Below, piece by piece: positions 1-11,857 of a DNA stretch of 51,743 nt (position 1 is the first letter of the stretch; each line of letters opens with the position of its first letter). The translations under genes and the position numbers were made by a program. Source of the stretch: an uncultured Pelagibacteraceae bacterium. Its GTDB lineage: Bacteria > Pseudomonadota > Alphaproteobacteria > Pelagibacterales > Pelagibacteraceae. Under the pieces are notes generated by a model. The model did no database searches, was not told where the DNA came from, and saw nothing but the letters and a program-made list of their open reading frames with translations. The stretch spans positions 1 to 51,743 of the forward strand of contig CABYOP010000001.1 of assembly GCA_902520645.1 (NCBI GenBank), in the 5' to 3' direction.

Positions 1-370
1 TTCCTTGACCTCTGTCAAATCTATCAATATCTGCACCAATTAATTTAGTAAATTCACAGTATGGATCTGCTGCCATAAAAATCTTGTCCTCTACCTTTTG
101 ACTATCACCCCAAGCTTTCATTACATTTGGATCATTTACTGAAACACAAATAATTTTGGTAATCCCTTTTTTTTTAGCAGCTTCAAAATTGTTAACATAA
201 CCTGGCAAATGTTTAGTGGAGCAAACTTTTGTAAAAGCTCCAGGAACCCCTATAACTATTGTTTTATTATTATTAAACAACTCAGATGTAGATATTTTTT
301 TTGGAGCAACAGTTTCGTCTAAATAGTAAAATTCTGAATTTGGAATTTTATCCCCCTCTTTAATTTTCAT
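1..370 (-). CDS. Peroxiredoxin, Prx5/PRX5-like; 3' end runs off the window
   Basis: Not in the ORF track. Manual translation from the ATG at 370 gives MKIKEGDKIPNSEFYYLDETVAPKKISTSELFNNNKTIVIGVPGAFTKVCSTKHLPGYV..., with the Prx5 PGAFTxxCSxxHLPGY active-site motif. ATGA overlap with the thrC stop. Confidence 0.9.
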   Translation of the reverse strand, partial: MKIKEGDKIPNSEFYYLDETVAPKKISTSELFNNNKTIVIGVPGAFTKVCSTKHLPGYVNNFEAAKKKGITKIICVSVNDPNVMKAWGDSQKVEDKIFMAADPYCEFTKLIGADIDRFDRGQG

Positions 371-1749
371 TTAATTTTTCCTAAAATATATTGTTTAATT
401 TCTTTGAGATTATTTTCAATTATACCATAATTTTCTTTCTCATCCAAAATAAACTTTAATTCACCTGGTAAATCAGATTTCAAGTTTATAGCCTTTAAAA
501 TTGCATCTGGAAATTTACATGGGTGTGCAGTTGCAAGAACAATATTGTTTCCTTTTAAATCATGTTTATCAAAAGCTCCATACCCTATAGCTGTGTGTGG
601 ATCTAAAACCATATTAAATTTTTCATAAATATTTTTTATGACATCTAGTGTTTCCTGCTCACTCATTCTTGCCGACAAAAAATCTTGATTAATTTTTTTC
701 AATTTCTCATCGTCGATTGTATATTTACCATTCTGTTTAATATTTTTCATATCATCTAAAGTTTGTGAACTATCATGATTATTTAAATCATAAATTAATC
801 TTTCAAAATTACTTGCAATTTGAATGTCCATACTTGGCGAAATAGTTTCAGAGACATGTTCGGCCTCATATTTACCTTTTGAAATAGCTCTATGTAAAAT
901 GTCGTTTTGATTTGTGGCAACTATTAATTTATTAATTGGAAGACCCAACTTCTTTGCCAAATAACCTGCATATACATCTCCAAAATTTCCAGTTGGTACT
1001 GAAAAATTTATTGGCTGATTGTCATCCTCGGCTAAAAAATAACAATAAAAATAATATACACTTTGCGCAATAATTCGGGCCCAATTAATTGAATTAACAC
1101 CAGACATGTTTATCTGATTAGAAAATTCTTTATCTGAAAACATGGATTTAACTAAATTTTGACAATCATCGAAGTTACCTTTTACAGCAATATTGAATAC
1201 ATTCTCATCTTTTCCAGTTGTCATTAATTTTCTTTGAACAGGTGAAATACGGTTATGAGGATGAAGAACAAATATATTTAAGTTTTTTTTCCCTTTGATT
1301 GCATCTATGGCAGCTGCACCAGTATCTCCTGATGTGGCAACTACAATATTAATCTTTTCATTTTCATTATTTAAATAAAATTCATAAAAATTACCTAAGA
1401 GTTGCATTGCAACATCCTTAAAAGCTAAGGTTGGACCATGAAACAATTCAAGCACAGAACGGTCGCCCACTTTAATAAGATCGATAACATTATCTTTTCT
1501 GAAAACTGAGTAGGATTTTTCTATTATTTTACTTAACTCACCTTCTGAAGTAAAATTACCAATAAATGGATGAATAATTTTTTTTGCTAAATCTGAATAA
1601 CTTAGTTTTTTAAAATCACTAATTTCAGACTCTGAATATTTGTGTAAAGTCTCTGGGATAAAAAGACCGCCATCATCAGCAAGGCCTTTAATAAAAACAT
1701 CTTTAAATTCAAAGTTTTTTGATTTGTCTCTTGTGCTTATATACTTCAT
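367..1749 (-). CDS. thrC: Threonine synthase
   Basis: MKYISTR N-terminus, LELFHGPTLAFKD PLP-lysine motif, ATSGDTG, NSINWARI, VPTGNFG, TAHPCKF. Confidence 0.97.
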   Translation of the reverse strand: MKYISTRDKSKNFEFKDVFIKGLADDGGLFIPETLHKYSESEISDFKKLSYSDLAKKIIHPFIGNFTSEGELSKIIEKSYSVFRKDNVIDLIKVGDRSVLELFHGPTLAFKDVAMQLLGNFYEFYLNNENEKINIVVATSGDTGAAAIDAIKGKKNLNIFVLHPHNRISPVQRKLMTTGKDENVFNIAVKGNFDDCQNLVKSMFSDKEFSNQINMSGVNSINWARIIAQSVYYFYCYFLAEDDNQPINFSVPTGNFGDVYAGYLAKKLGLPINKLIVATNQNDILHRAISKGKYEAEHVSETISPSMDIQIASNFERLIYDLNNHDSSQTLDDMKNIKQNGKYTIDDEKLKKINQDFLSARMSEQETLDVIKNIYEKFNMVLDPHTAIGYGAFDKHDLKGNNIVLATAHPCKFPDAILKAINLKSDLPGELKFILDEKENYGIIENNLKEIKQYILGKIK

Positions 1750-2403
1750 CTAATAATTTTTTTTTCTAAAATATAGATATATTAAAAGAATTGAAATCGC
1801 CATTGAAAACCAAGTAATTGCATACTTTTTATGATTGTTTGAAATTTTTGCAGTGATCACTCTTGGTTTTGGAATTTTATAGTTTCCATTTAAATAAATA
1901 ATATAATTAGAAAATTTTCTTCCAGTCTGATTATAAATGTCATCTCTATCAAGAGTGAACCAATAATTTTTTTTAATTTCATTTTGGGGCTTAAACATAC
2001 TTGACTTAGACTGTAACATTAAAGTTCCAAGTATTTCATTTTGATTGATTTGATTGATTTCTGGTAGATCTTTTTTATCAAAAGGTATCCAGCCTCTGTT
2101 AATTAAAAAGTTTTCATTTTCAATCAATATTGGGTTCACTACTTCAAACCCAGGTTTTCCTTTTTCATTCAAATGATATAAGTAAATTTGATTATCAAAA
2201 TCAATTTGACCTGAGGTTTTTATTCTTAAATAGTTTTTTTTATTGGTTTGAGTTAATTCTACAGGATCATTTTTTAAAGAATTTTCAATTTGATTTATTA
2301 AATCTAGCTTCCAATTTAGTCTATAAATTTGCCAAAAACCTAATGAGAGAAGAACAAGAATTATAAACCAAACAAATACTGAAAATAAAAATTTATTCTT
2401 CAA
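1750..2403 (-). CDS. SURF1/Shy1 family cytochrome oxidase biogenesis protein
   Basis: LGFWQIYRLNWK, INRGWIP and NNHxxYAITWF motifs; lies in the cox operon. Probable TTG start at 2403, because the track start at 2442 overlaps coxC. Confidence 0.92.
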   Translation of the reverse strand: MKNKFLFSVFVWFIILVLLSLGFWQIYRLNWKLDLINQIENSLKNDPVELTQTNKKNYLRIKTSGQIDFDNQIYLYHLNEKGKPGFEVVNPILIENENFLINRGWIPFDKKDLPEINQINQNEILGTLMLQSKSSMFKPQNEIKKNYWFTLDRDDIYNQTGRKFSNYIIYLNGNYKIPKPRVITAKISNNHKKYAITWFSMAISILLIYLYFRKKNY

Positions 2404-2413
2404 GAGTTGTAAA

Positions 2414-3202
2414 TTAACTTCCCCAGATATAAATGGCAGCAAATAAGAATAACCAAACTACATCAACAAAATGCCAGTACCAAGCTGCTGCTTCAAATCC
2501 AAAATGATGGTCTTTAGTAAAGTGACCTAATTTTCCTCGCCACAAACAAACAGCTAAAAATATTGTTCCAACTATTACGTGAAATCCGTGGAAACCCGTA
2601 GCCATATAAAAAACTGCTCCATAAATGTGACCTGAATAATCAAAAGTGGCATGATGATATTCATAAGCTTGTAGTAATGTAAAAAAGAAACCAAGAACAA
2701 CTGTTGCAGTTAATCCTTGAATAAATCCTTTTCTATCACCTTCAAGTAAAGAATGGTGAGACCATGTAACTGTAGTTCCAGATAACAATAATACTAAAGT
2801 ATTAATTAGTGGGATATCCCAAGGATCAAATGTTTCAATATCTTTTGGAGGCCAAACATTTCCAACAAACTCGTTTGGAAATAAACTAATATCAAAATAT
2901 GCCCAGAACCAAGCTACAAAGAACATCACTTCTGATGCAATAAATAATGTCATTCCATAACGGTGATGAATTTGTACAACAGGTGTATGATGCCCTTGAT
3001 GTTCTGCTTCAATCACAACATCTCTGAACCACATGTAGGCTCCATAAATAACTAATGCTAGTCCAAGATACATTCCCCATGAAACATCATTATGCATATA
3101 AAAAATTGTGCCTATGGCTAATACTAAGCATGAAAAGGATACGTAGATTGGCCAAGGACTTGGGTCTACTAAGTGATAATCGTGTTTTTTTTCAGCTGAC
3201 AT
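2414..3202 (-). CDS. coxC: Cytochrome c oxidase subunit III
   Basis: HDYHLVDPSPWP, LFIASEVMFF, ATGFHGFHV, WYWHFVDVVWLFL. Confidence 0.98.
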   Translation of the reverse strand: MSAEKKHDYHLVDPSPWPIYVSFSCLVLAIGTIFYMHNDVSWGMYLGLALVIYGAYMWFRDVVIEAEHQGHHTPVVQIHHRYGMTLFIASEVMFFVAWFWAYFDISLFPNEFVGNVWPPKDIETFDPWDIPLINTLVLLLSGTTVTWSHHSLLEGDRKGFIQGLTATVVLGFFFTLLQAYEYHHATFDYSGHIYGAVFYMATGFHGFHVIVGTIFLAVCLWRGKLGHFTKDHHFGFEAAAWYWHFVDVVWLFLFAAIYIWGS

Positions 3203-3211
3203 TTTTTGTGA

Positions 3212-3745
3212 TTATGATTGTTTATAGTAATCTGTCGAGAAAAAAGTATACGACATAGTTACATCCTGTAAATTTTTTACTGTTGGATCATTGACAAGTT
3301 CTGGGTCTAAATAAAAAGTCATAACATAAGTTGCTTTTTCTCCAGCTTTCAGCTCCTGCTTTTCAAAACAAAAACAACCTAATTTACTATAGTATTTTCC
3401 AAAACTTGATGGTGAAACGTTAAAGCTAGCAACTCCATAAGTGGTGTCATCACCATAATTTTCTACCTCAAATTCTATTTTGTTAACTTGACCAACTTTA
3501 ACATCCATTACATTAGATTTCGCTTTAAAATCCCACGTAAGGTTATTTACGTTAGTATCAAATCTAACACTTACAATTTTATCCAAAACCATTTTTGGTG
3601 GTTCTTTAGAAACTTGTGTTGTTCCTCCAAAACCAGTCACTCTACAAAATAAATCATAAAGTGGTACTGCTGCAAAAGACAGGCCAAGCATTAAACAGAA
3701 TATTCCGGCAAGTAGTATTGGAGTTAACGTTTTTTTCTTCATCAT
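3212..3745 (-). CDS. ctaG: Cytochrome c oxidase assembly protein Cox11/CtaG
   Basis: AVPLYDLFCRVTGFGGT and the CFCF copper-binding motif. Confidence 0.96.
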   Translation of the reverse strand: MMKKKTLTPILLAGIFCLMLGLSFAAVPLYDLFCRVTGFGGTTQVSKEPPKMVLDKIVSVRFDTNVNNLTWDFKAKSNVMDVKVGQVNKIEFEVENYGDDTTYGVASFNVSPSSFGKYYSKLGCFCFEKQELKAGEKATYVMTFYLDPELVNDPTVKNLQDVTMSYTFFSTDYYKQS

Positions 3746-3864
3746 ATCTGTCTATCAAAAACTCCAACGTTATATAAAGTAAACACAAACAAGAAAACCA
3801 TAAAAGCTAAAATTGCTACTGCAGTTAAAATATTTTTTTTTTTAGTTTTTTTATCAGGTGTCAT
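3742..3864 (-). CDS. Small single-TM membrane protein (40 aa), CoxF-like, in the cox operon
   Basis: Not in the ORF track. Manual translation MTPDKKTKKKNILTAVAILAFMVFLFVFTLYNVGVFDRQI. It exactly fills the ctaB-ctaG gap and overlaps both neighbours' stop/start codons; basic N-terminus followed by one hydrophobic helix. Confidence 0.75.
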   Translation of the reverse strand: MTPDKKTKKKNILTAVAILAFMVFLFVFTLYNVGVFDRQI

Positions 3865-4775
3865 CATAAAATTTTATCAATCAAAAAAAGAACAAATATC
3901 AGAAATAAATATAAAATTGAATATCCAAAAATAGTTTTTGCTTTCTTTGAGTTAAATTTATTTTTCTTGAATTTATAAAGTTCCAAACACAGAAAGTTAT
4001 AGTAAAGTGTTAAAATTAAAGATGGTATTAAAAAAACTAGACTTACAAAACCAATAACATACGGCAAGACAATCACTGGTAACATTAATAACGAATAAAT
4101 TAATATATTTAATTTTGTACTCTCTACTCCATTAGTTAATGGTAGCATTGGAATTTTTGCTCTTTTATAATCGTCAGATTTATATAGGCTTAAAGCCCAG
4201 AAATGGGATGGAGTCCAAAAAAAGATTATTAGAAAAAATGTTATTGGCTCTAATGAAAGTGAATTCGTGGCAATTGTCCAACCAATTACTGGTGGTAAAG
4301 CTCCAGCTGCACCTCCTATTACAATGTTTTGAGGAGTTTTTCTCTTTAGCCATATTGTATAGACAAAAACATAAAATAAGATCGTAGATAGCAATAAACC
4401 AGCTGATATTCTATTCGCAAAATAATCTAACGCTATTACAGAAAATATTGATAACGTAATACCGAATACCAGTGCCTGATTTTTGTTTACTTTTCCAGTT
4501 GGAATTGGCCTTAAACAAGTTCTAGACATTAACGCATCTAAATCAGACTCGTACCACATATTAAGCGCACCTGCTGCGCCTGCACCTATTGAAACTAAAA
4601 TTATACCAATAATTGCATCTTTTGTGGGTACTATATTTGGCGCCATTAACAATCCAACAGCACAAGTAAAGATAACTAATGACATTACTCTTGGCTTCAT
4701 TAGTTTAAATAATTCGGATAAATTAAAAACGTCTTCTTGACTTAAATTTCTGTTTTTTAATTTAGACTTAATCAT
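3864..4775 (-). CDS. ctaB: Protoheme IX farnesyltransferase (heme O synthase)
   Basis: LMKPRVMSLV, DxxMxRTxxRPIPTG, YTIWLKRKTPQNIVIGG, WTPSHFWALS. Confidence 0.97.
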   Translation of the reverse strand: MIKSKLKNRNLSQEDVFNLSELFKLMKPRVMSLVIFTCAVGLLMAPNIVPTKDAIIGIILVSIGAGAAGALNMWYESDLDALMSRTCLRPIPTGKVNKNQALVFGITLSIFSVIALDYFANRISAGLLLSTILFYVFVYTIWLKRKTPQNIVIGGAAGALPPVIGWTIATNSLSLEPITFFLIIFFWTPSHFWALSLYKSDDYKRAKIPMLPLTNGVESTKLNILIYSLLMLPVIVLPYVIGFVSLVFLIPSLILTLYYNFLCLELYKFKKNKFNSKKAKTIFGYSILYLFLIFVLFLIDKIL

Positions 4776-4808
4776 TAATTTTCTGTTTAAAAAATCTAGG
4801 TTAAAAAA

Positions 4809-7258
<2,450 letters not shown>

Positions 7259-7318
7259 TTTTAGACACTATATAAATCCTCTTTAGAAAAATTACACTTT
7301 ACTTTTCGCGACAAAATA

Positions 7319-8020
7319 TCAATTAATGGCGTAATTTATGATCGATATGGCAGAAATTACAGCTGTTTCAGATCTTAGGATGTTTTCATTAATTTTTATA
7401 GCCTGAACACCTTTGTATGAGAGAATCTCGTCTCTTTCACTCTCAGAAAAGTCTCCTTCAGGACCTACAACGATACAGGTTGGCTTGTTAGTAAGTTTTT
7501 TTAAATCTACTTTATTATTTTTTGAATTAAGATCTGTGAAAATCAAATCGACATCACTCTTATCCAGGAAATCTCTAAGATTTTGCGGGTCTTCAATATT
7601 AGGAACCTGAATTCTATTCGATTGTTCGGCTGCTTCTATAACAACTTTTTCTAATCTTTCTTTATTTATCTTCCTAACAATTGTTCGATCAAAAATAATA
7701 GGCAAAAACTTTGTAACTCCTAACTCAGTTGCTTTTTGGATCATGAAATTAAAGTAATTAGATTTGATGGGTGAAAAAGCTAACCATAGCTCTTTAAAAT
7801 TCTCTTTTTGTCTTAATTGTTTTGTAACATTAAACTCAACAATATTTTTTGAAATACTTAAAATTTTTGCCTCCCACTCACCACTAATATTAAATAAAGA
7901 GAAAACTTCATTTTCTTTAATTCTCATAACCTTACTTACATAATGAGATTGTGATTTATCAAGTGTGGCAGTTAAATTAAGTGATAAACTTTCTGGAAAA
8001 AATAATCTAATGTAACTCAT
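7319..8020 (-). CDS. rsmE: 16S rRNA m3U1498 methyltransferase
   Basis: HxxxVMR, QKATELGV, EAAEQS, VGPEGDF, ILRSETA SPOUT motifs. Confidence 0.96.
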   Translation of the reverse strand: MSYIRLFFPESLSLNLTATLDKSQSHYVSKVMRIKENEVFSLFNISGEWEAKILSISKNIVEFNVTKQLRQKENFKELWLAFSPIKSNYFNFMIQKATELGVTKFLPIIFDRTIVRKINKERLEKVVIEAAEQSNRIQVPNIEDPQNLRDFLDKSDVDLIFTDLNSKNNKVDLKKLTNKPTCIVVGPEGDFSESERDEILSYKGVQAIKINENILRSETAVISAISIINYAIN

Positions 8021-8036
8021 ATAGATAAATTAGTTT

Positions 8037-8699
8037 ATGAAAAATATTAAAGCAATAATTTTTGATGCATATGGAACTTTATTTGATGTAAATTCAGCTG
8101 CTGAGAAATGCAAAGATAAAATTGGTGATAAGTGGGAAGGTTTTGCAAATTACTGGAGAACTACTCAGCTAGAATATACTTGGCTTAGAAGTTTAATGAA
8201 AAGACATAAAGATTTTTGGCAAGTAACTGAAGATAGTTTAGATAAATCTATGAAAGCTTATGAAATAGATTCTTCATTGAGAAATGAATTATTAGATCTT
8301 TATAAAATTCTTTCACCATTTAAGGAGGTGCCTGCAGTTTTAAAATCACTTAAAGAAAAAGATTTAAAACTTGCTATTCTTTCAAATGGTACACCTACCC
8401 TTCTTAATCAATTAGTTAAAAGCAACAATTTAGATAATTTATTTGATGATCTTTTTTCAATAGAAGAAGTTGGTATTTATAAACCAAACTCTAAAGTTTA
8501 CGATATACCAATTAAAAAATATAATATTCAAAAAAATGAAGTTGCTTTTTTAAGTGCCAACACTTGGGACGTATCAGGTGGTGGAAATTATGGGTACAAT
8601 TCTATTTGGGTAAATAGAAATAACAATATTTTTGATAAACTTGACTATTCACCTAAACATCAAATTAAACAATTTGGAGAGTTACTTGATATACTCTAA
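8037..8699 (+). CDS. L-2-haloacid dehalogenase type II (HAD superfamily)
   Basis: FDAYGTLFD, WRxxQLEYTW, LSNG, YKP, SANTWDV. Confidence 0.9.
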   Translation: MKNIKAIIFDAYGTLFDVNSAAEKCKDKIGDKWEGFANYWRTTQLEYTWLRSLMKRHKDFWQVTEDSLDKSMKAYEIDSSLRNELLDLYKILSPFKEVPAVLKSLKEKDLKLAILSNGTPTLLNQLVKSNNLDNLFDDLFSIEEVGIYKPNSKVYDIPIKKYNIQKNEVAFLSANTWDVSGGGNYGYNSIWVNRNNNIFDKLDYSPKHQIKQFGELLDIL

Positions 8700-8719
8700 T
8701 AAATTCTTATATCGTTAAA

Positions 8720-9556
8720 ATGAAAAACATTGAAATCAGTAAAATTATTGACCCTATCCTTGCATCTGATGGTGCGGGAGTTAAATTAAAAAGAAGTATT
8801 GGTGTAGAACCAAATTATTTTGATCCATTTTTGATGTTAGATGAGTTTGGATCAGAGAATAGTGAGGATTACATTGCTGGTTTTCCACCCCATCCTCATC
8901 GAGGAATTGAAACAGTAACCTATATGTTAGCTGGAGATTTTGAACATAAAGATAGCACGGGGGGTGAAGGAAGAATGACGGCAGGAGATGTTCAATGGAT
9001 GAAAACCGGAAGTGGAATAATTCATTCTGAAATGCCCGCAATGAAAGAAGGCAAACTTCATGGATTTCAATTATGGATTAATATGCCTGCTAAATTAAAG
9101 ATGAGTAAGCCTGAATATATTTACATAGATGCAGATAAAATGAGTGTTCATAAAGATAAAGAGAAACAGGTTAAAGTTATAGCTGGAAATTTTGAAAATG
9201 CTGAAGGCCCTATTAAAGGTCATAATGTTGAGCCAATCTATTTTGATATTGAGCTGACCAAAGATAAATTATTTAGCTATAAATTACCTTCATCTCATAA
9301 CACTTTTATTTATCTAATAAATGGTGAAATTGAAATTGGAAAAAATAAACACGATGATGTTAAAAATAGTACTTTAATACTCTTAACTCGAGGTGAAGAT
9401 TTAACAGTGAAAGCTAAATCAAATGCTAAGTTCTTGGTGGTTTCTGGCAAGCCTATTAATGAGAAAATAGCAAGAGGTGGTCCATTTGTAATGAATACTA
9501 AAGCAGAAATCTTGCAAGCAGTTCAGGATTATCATAGTGGTACATTTGTAAAATAA
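8720..9556 (+). CDS. Pirin family protein (bicupin)
   Basis: DPFLMLDEF, FPPHPHRGIETVTY, QWMxTGSGIIHSE, QLWIN, GPFVMNT. Confidence 0.95.
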   Translation: MKNIEISKIIDPILASDGAGVKLKRSIGVEPNYFDPFLMLDEFGSENSEDYIAGFPPHPHRGIETVTYMLAGDFEHKDSTGGEGRMTAGDVQWMKTGSGIIHSEMPAMKEGKLHGFQLWINMPAKLKMSKPEYIYIDADKMSVHKDKEKQVKVIAGNFENAEGPIKGHNVEPIYFDIELTKDKLFSYKLPSSHNTFIYLINGEIEIGKNKHDDVKNSTLILLTRGEDLTVKAKSNAKFLVVSGKPINEKIARGGPFVMNTKAEILQAVQDYHSGTFVK

Positions 9557-9559
9557 ATT

Positions 9560-10531
9560 ATGAAAACTGTGAAAATAGAAAAATTTGGAAGTCCTGATGT
9601 ACTAAAAGTTGAAAATGTTGAAATTGGCAAACCTCAATCTAATGAAGTTTTAATTAAAAACTTATCTATTGGAATAAATTATATAGATACTTATCACCGA
9701 ACTGGGCTCTATCCTATTCCACTTCCTAGCGGAATTGGCCTTGAGGCCTGTGGTGTAATTGAAGAAGTAGGTCCTGAGGTTAAATTATTTAAAGTAGGAG
9801 ATAGAGTTTCCCATGCTTCTATGCCTATTGGTGCATATTCAGAAAAACATATTATGCCAGAGAATAAACTTGTGCCAGTTCCAGATGGAGTTTCAGATGA
9901 AGTTGCTTCATGCATCACATTAAAAGGGATTACTGCAGAATATTTATTACATAGAGCTTATCCTTTAAAAAAAGGAGATAAAGTTCTTTATCATGCCGCA
10001 GCTGGAGCGCTAGGTCAAATTTTATGTCCTTGGGCTAATTCAATTGGTGCAGAAATCATTGGTACTGTTGGTTCTAAAGAAAAGGAAGAAATTGCAAAGA
10101 AAAATGGCTGTCATCACGTAATAAACTACACTGATAAAAACTTTGTAGAAGAAGTAGAAAAAATTGTTGGAAAAAATGGAATTGACGTTGTGTATGATGG
10201 TGTAGGTTTAAAAACATTTGAAGGTTCAATTGAAGTGCTTAAAATCAGAGGGATGATGGTAGCTTTTGGAAATGCCTCGGGTTATGTCGATACTATTGAT
10301 GTAAAAAAACATATTAATGCTAAAGGTTTATTTTTTACACGACCTTCGATTGCTCATTATACTATTGAGAGAGAAGAGTTATTAGAATCAGCAAAAAAAG
10401 TTTTTGATGCTGTTTTATCTGGTAAATTTAAAATAGAAATTTCAAAAAAATATTCTCTTGAAGAAGTTAAGCAGGCACATGAAGATTTAGAAGGTAGATT
10501 ACTTACTGGGCCAGCTGTTATAAAACCTTAA
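9560..10531 (+). CDS. qor: NADPH:quinone oxidoreductase (zeta-crystallin/QOR)
   Basis: GINYIDTYHRTGLYP, GLEACG, HAAAGALG, VVYDGVG, FGNASG, TRPS. Confidence 0.92.
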   Translation: MKTVKIEKFGSPDVLKVENVEIGKPQSNEVLIKNLSIGINYIDTYHRTGLYPIPLPSGIGLEACGVIEEVGPEVKLFKVGDRVSHASMPIGAYSEKHIMPENKLVPVPDGVSDEVASCITLKGITAEYLLHRAYPLKKGDKVLYHAAAGALGQILCPWANSIGAEIIGTVGSKEKEEIAKKNGCHHVINYTDKNFVEEVEKIVGKNGIDVVYDGVGLKTFEGSIEVLKIRGMMVAFGNASGYVDTIDVKKHINAKGLFFTRPSIAHYTIEREELLESAKKVFDAVLSGKFKIEISKKYSLEEVKQAHEDLEGRLLTGPAVIKP

Positions 10532-10539
10532 AAAATTGT

Positions 10540-10941
10540 TTATTCATATATATCCATATCTGACATGTGAAGCTTAAGAGCATTAGTGGAGACTTGAATC
10601 TCAACTATGAAAAATATTATAGATATTATCATTGATAAACAACATGATCCAAAAATAATTCTAGCTATAAAAATCTCACTTAAATAAAGACCAAAAACAG
10701 TTAACATATTAAACAAAAAGCCAAACGCAGCGAACACCATTGAAAATTTTAAAAGACTAATTCTTTTGTTAAGATTAATAAATTGAGCTTTCCATTCAGG
10801 AGGTGTATGTTTTTCAAAGACGTGGGCATCATGGATTTTTCTAATTAAAGCACTCAAAGTATGAAACCTATTACTGTAAACACCCATTAACAAAGGTATT
10901 GCAGGAAACATCAATGCTGTAACGGTATAATCTATATTCAT
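10540..10941 (-). CDS. DUF2721-type membrane protein
   Basis: ALMFPAIPLLMxxYSNRF N-terminal motif and three hydrophobic segments ending EIQVSTNAL. Likely ATG at 10941. Confidence 0.7.
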   Translation of the reverse strand: MNIDYTVTALMFPAIPLLMGVYSNRFHTLSALIRKIHDAHVFEKHTPPEWKAQFINLNKRISLLKFSMVFAAFGFLFNMLTVFGLYLSEIFIARIIFGSCCLSMIISIIFFIVEIQVSTNALKLHMSDMDIYE

Positions 10942-10990
10942 ACGAATCAATTTGATTATGAAACTAGCCTTTGTTATTTACAAGTAAATT

Positions 10991-11857
10991 ATGAACCAAT
11001 TAAACCTATTTATAGAACTTACAAGATTAAAAAAACCTATTGGTTTTATGCTTCTATTCTGGCCATGTGCTTGGGGATTAACATTGGCTTATGATTTCTC
11101 TTTTAGTTTGAATAATTACTTTTTTTACCTAATTCTCTTTTTTTTAGGTTCAGTATTTATGAGGTCAGCAGGCTGTATCGTAAATGATGTTCTGGATAAA
11201 AAATATGATGCTAAAGTTATTCGAACAAAAAATCGTCCAATTGCATCTGGAAAAATTTCAATAAAACTTGCGGTCATTTATTCTTTGTTACTTTGTTTTT
11301 TTGCACTTTTAGTTTTGCTTAATTTTAATTTATTTACAATAATTCTTGCTCTAGGTTCCATGCCTCTAGCATTCACCTATCCGTTAATGAAAAGATTTAC
11401 CTATTGGCCACAACTATTTTTAGGGATAACTTTTAATTATGGATTAATACTTGGATGGACAGCTATTAAAGGTGAAATAAGTATTGTGCCAGTACTTTTC
11501 TATTTAGGAGCCATATTTTGGACACTGGGTTATGACACAATATATGGATATCAAGACATCAAGGATGATGAAATAATAGGATTAAAATCAACCTCAATCA
11601 AATTTAAAGGTAAAGCTAAAAAATTTTTGTTCGCGTGTTATACTTCTTTATTATTCTTTTTCCTAATAGGCGGTTATAAAATGGATTTTCATGTCAGTTA
11701 TTATTTATTAGCAGTAATACCTTTTATACACTTATTTATTTATCAAATGAAAATTTTTAATTTAAAAGATCCTTCAAGTTGCTTGAAGGCATTTAAAAGT
11801 AACAATCTTTTTGGACTGATTATTTTTATTAATATTATAATTGCTAAAAATTTATAA
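10991..11857 (+). CDS. ubiA: 4-hydroxybenzoate polyprenyltransferase
   Basis: RLxKPIGxxLLxWP, RSAGCIVND, RTKNRPIASG, YPLMKRFT, YDTIYGYQD. Confidence 0.96.
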   Translation: MNQLNLFIELTRLKKPIGFMLLFWPCAWGLTLAYDFSFSLNNYFFYLILFFLGSVFMRSAGCIVNDVLDKKYDAKVIRTKNRPIASGKISIKLAVIYSLLLCFFALLVLLNFNLFTIILALGSMPLAFTYPLMKRFTYWPQLFLGITFNYGLILGWTAIKGEISIVPVLFYLGAIFWTLGYDTIYGYQDIKDDEIIGLKSTSIKFKGKAKKFLFACYTSLLFFFLIGGYKMDFHVSYYLLAVIPFIHLFIYQMKIFNLKDPSSCLKAFKSNNLFGLIIFINIIIAKNL

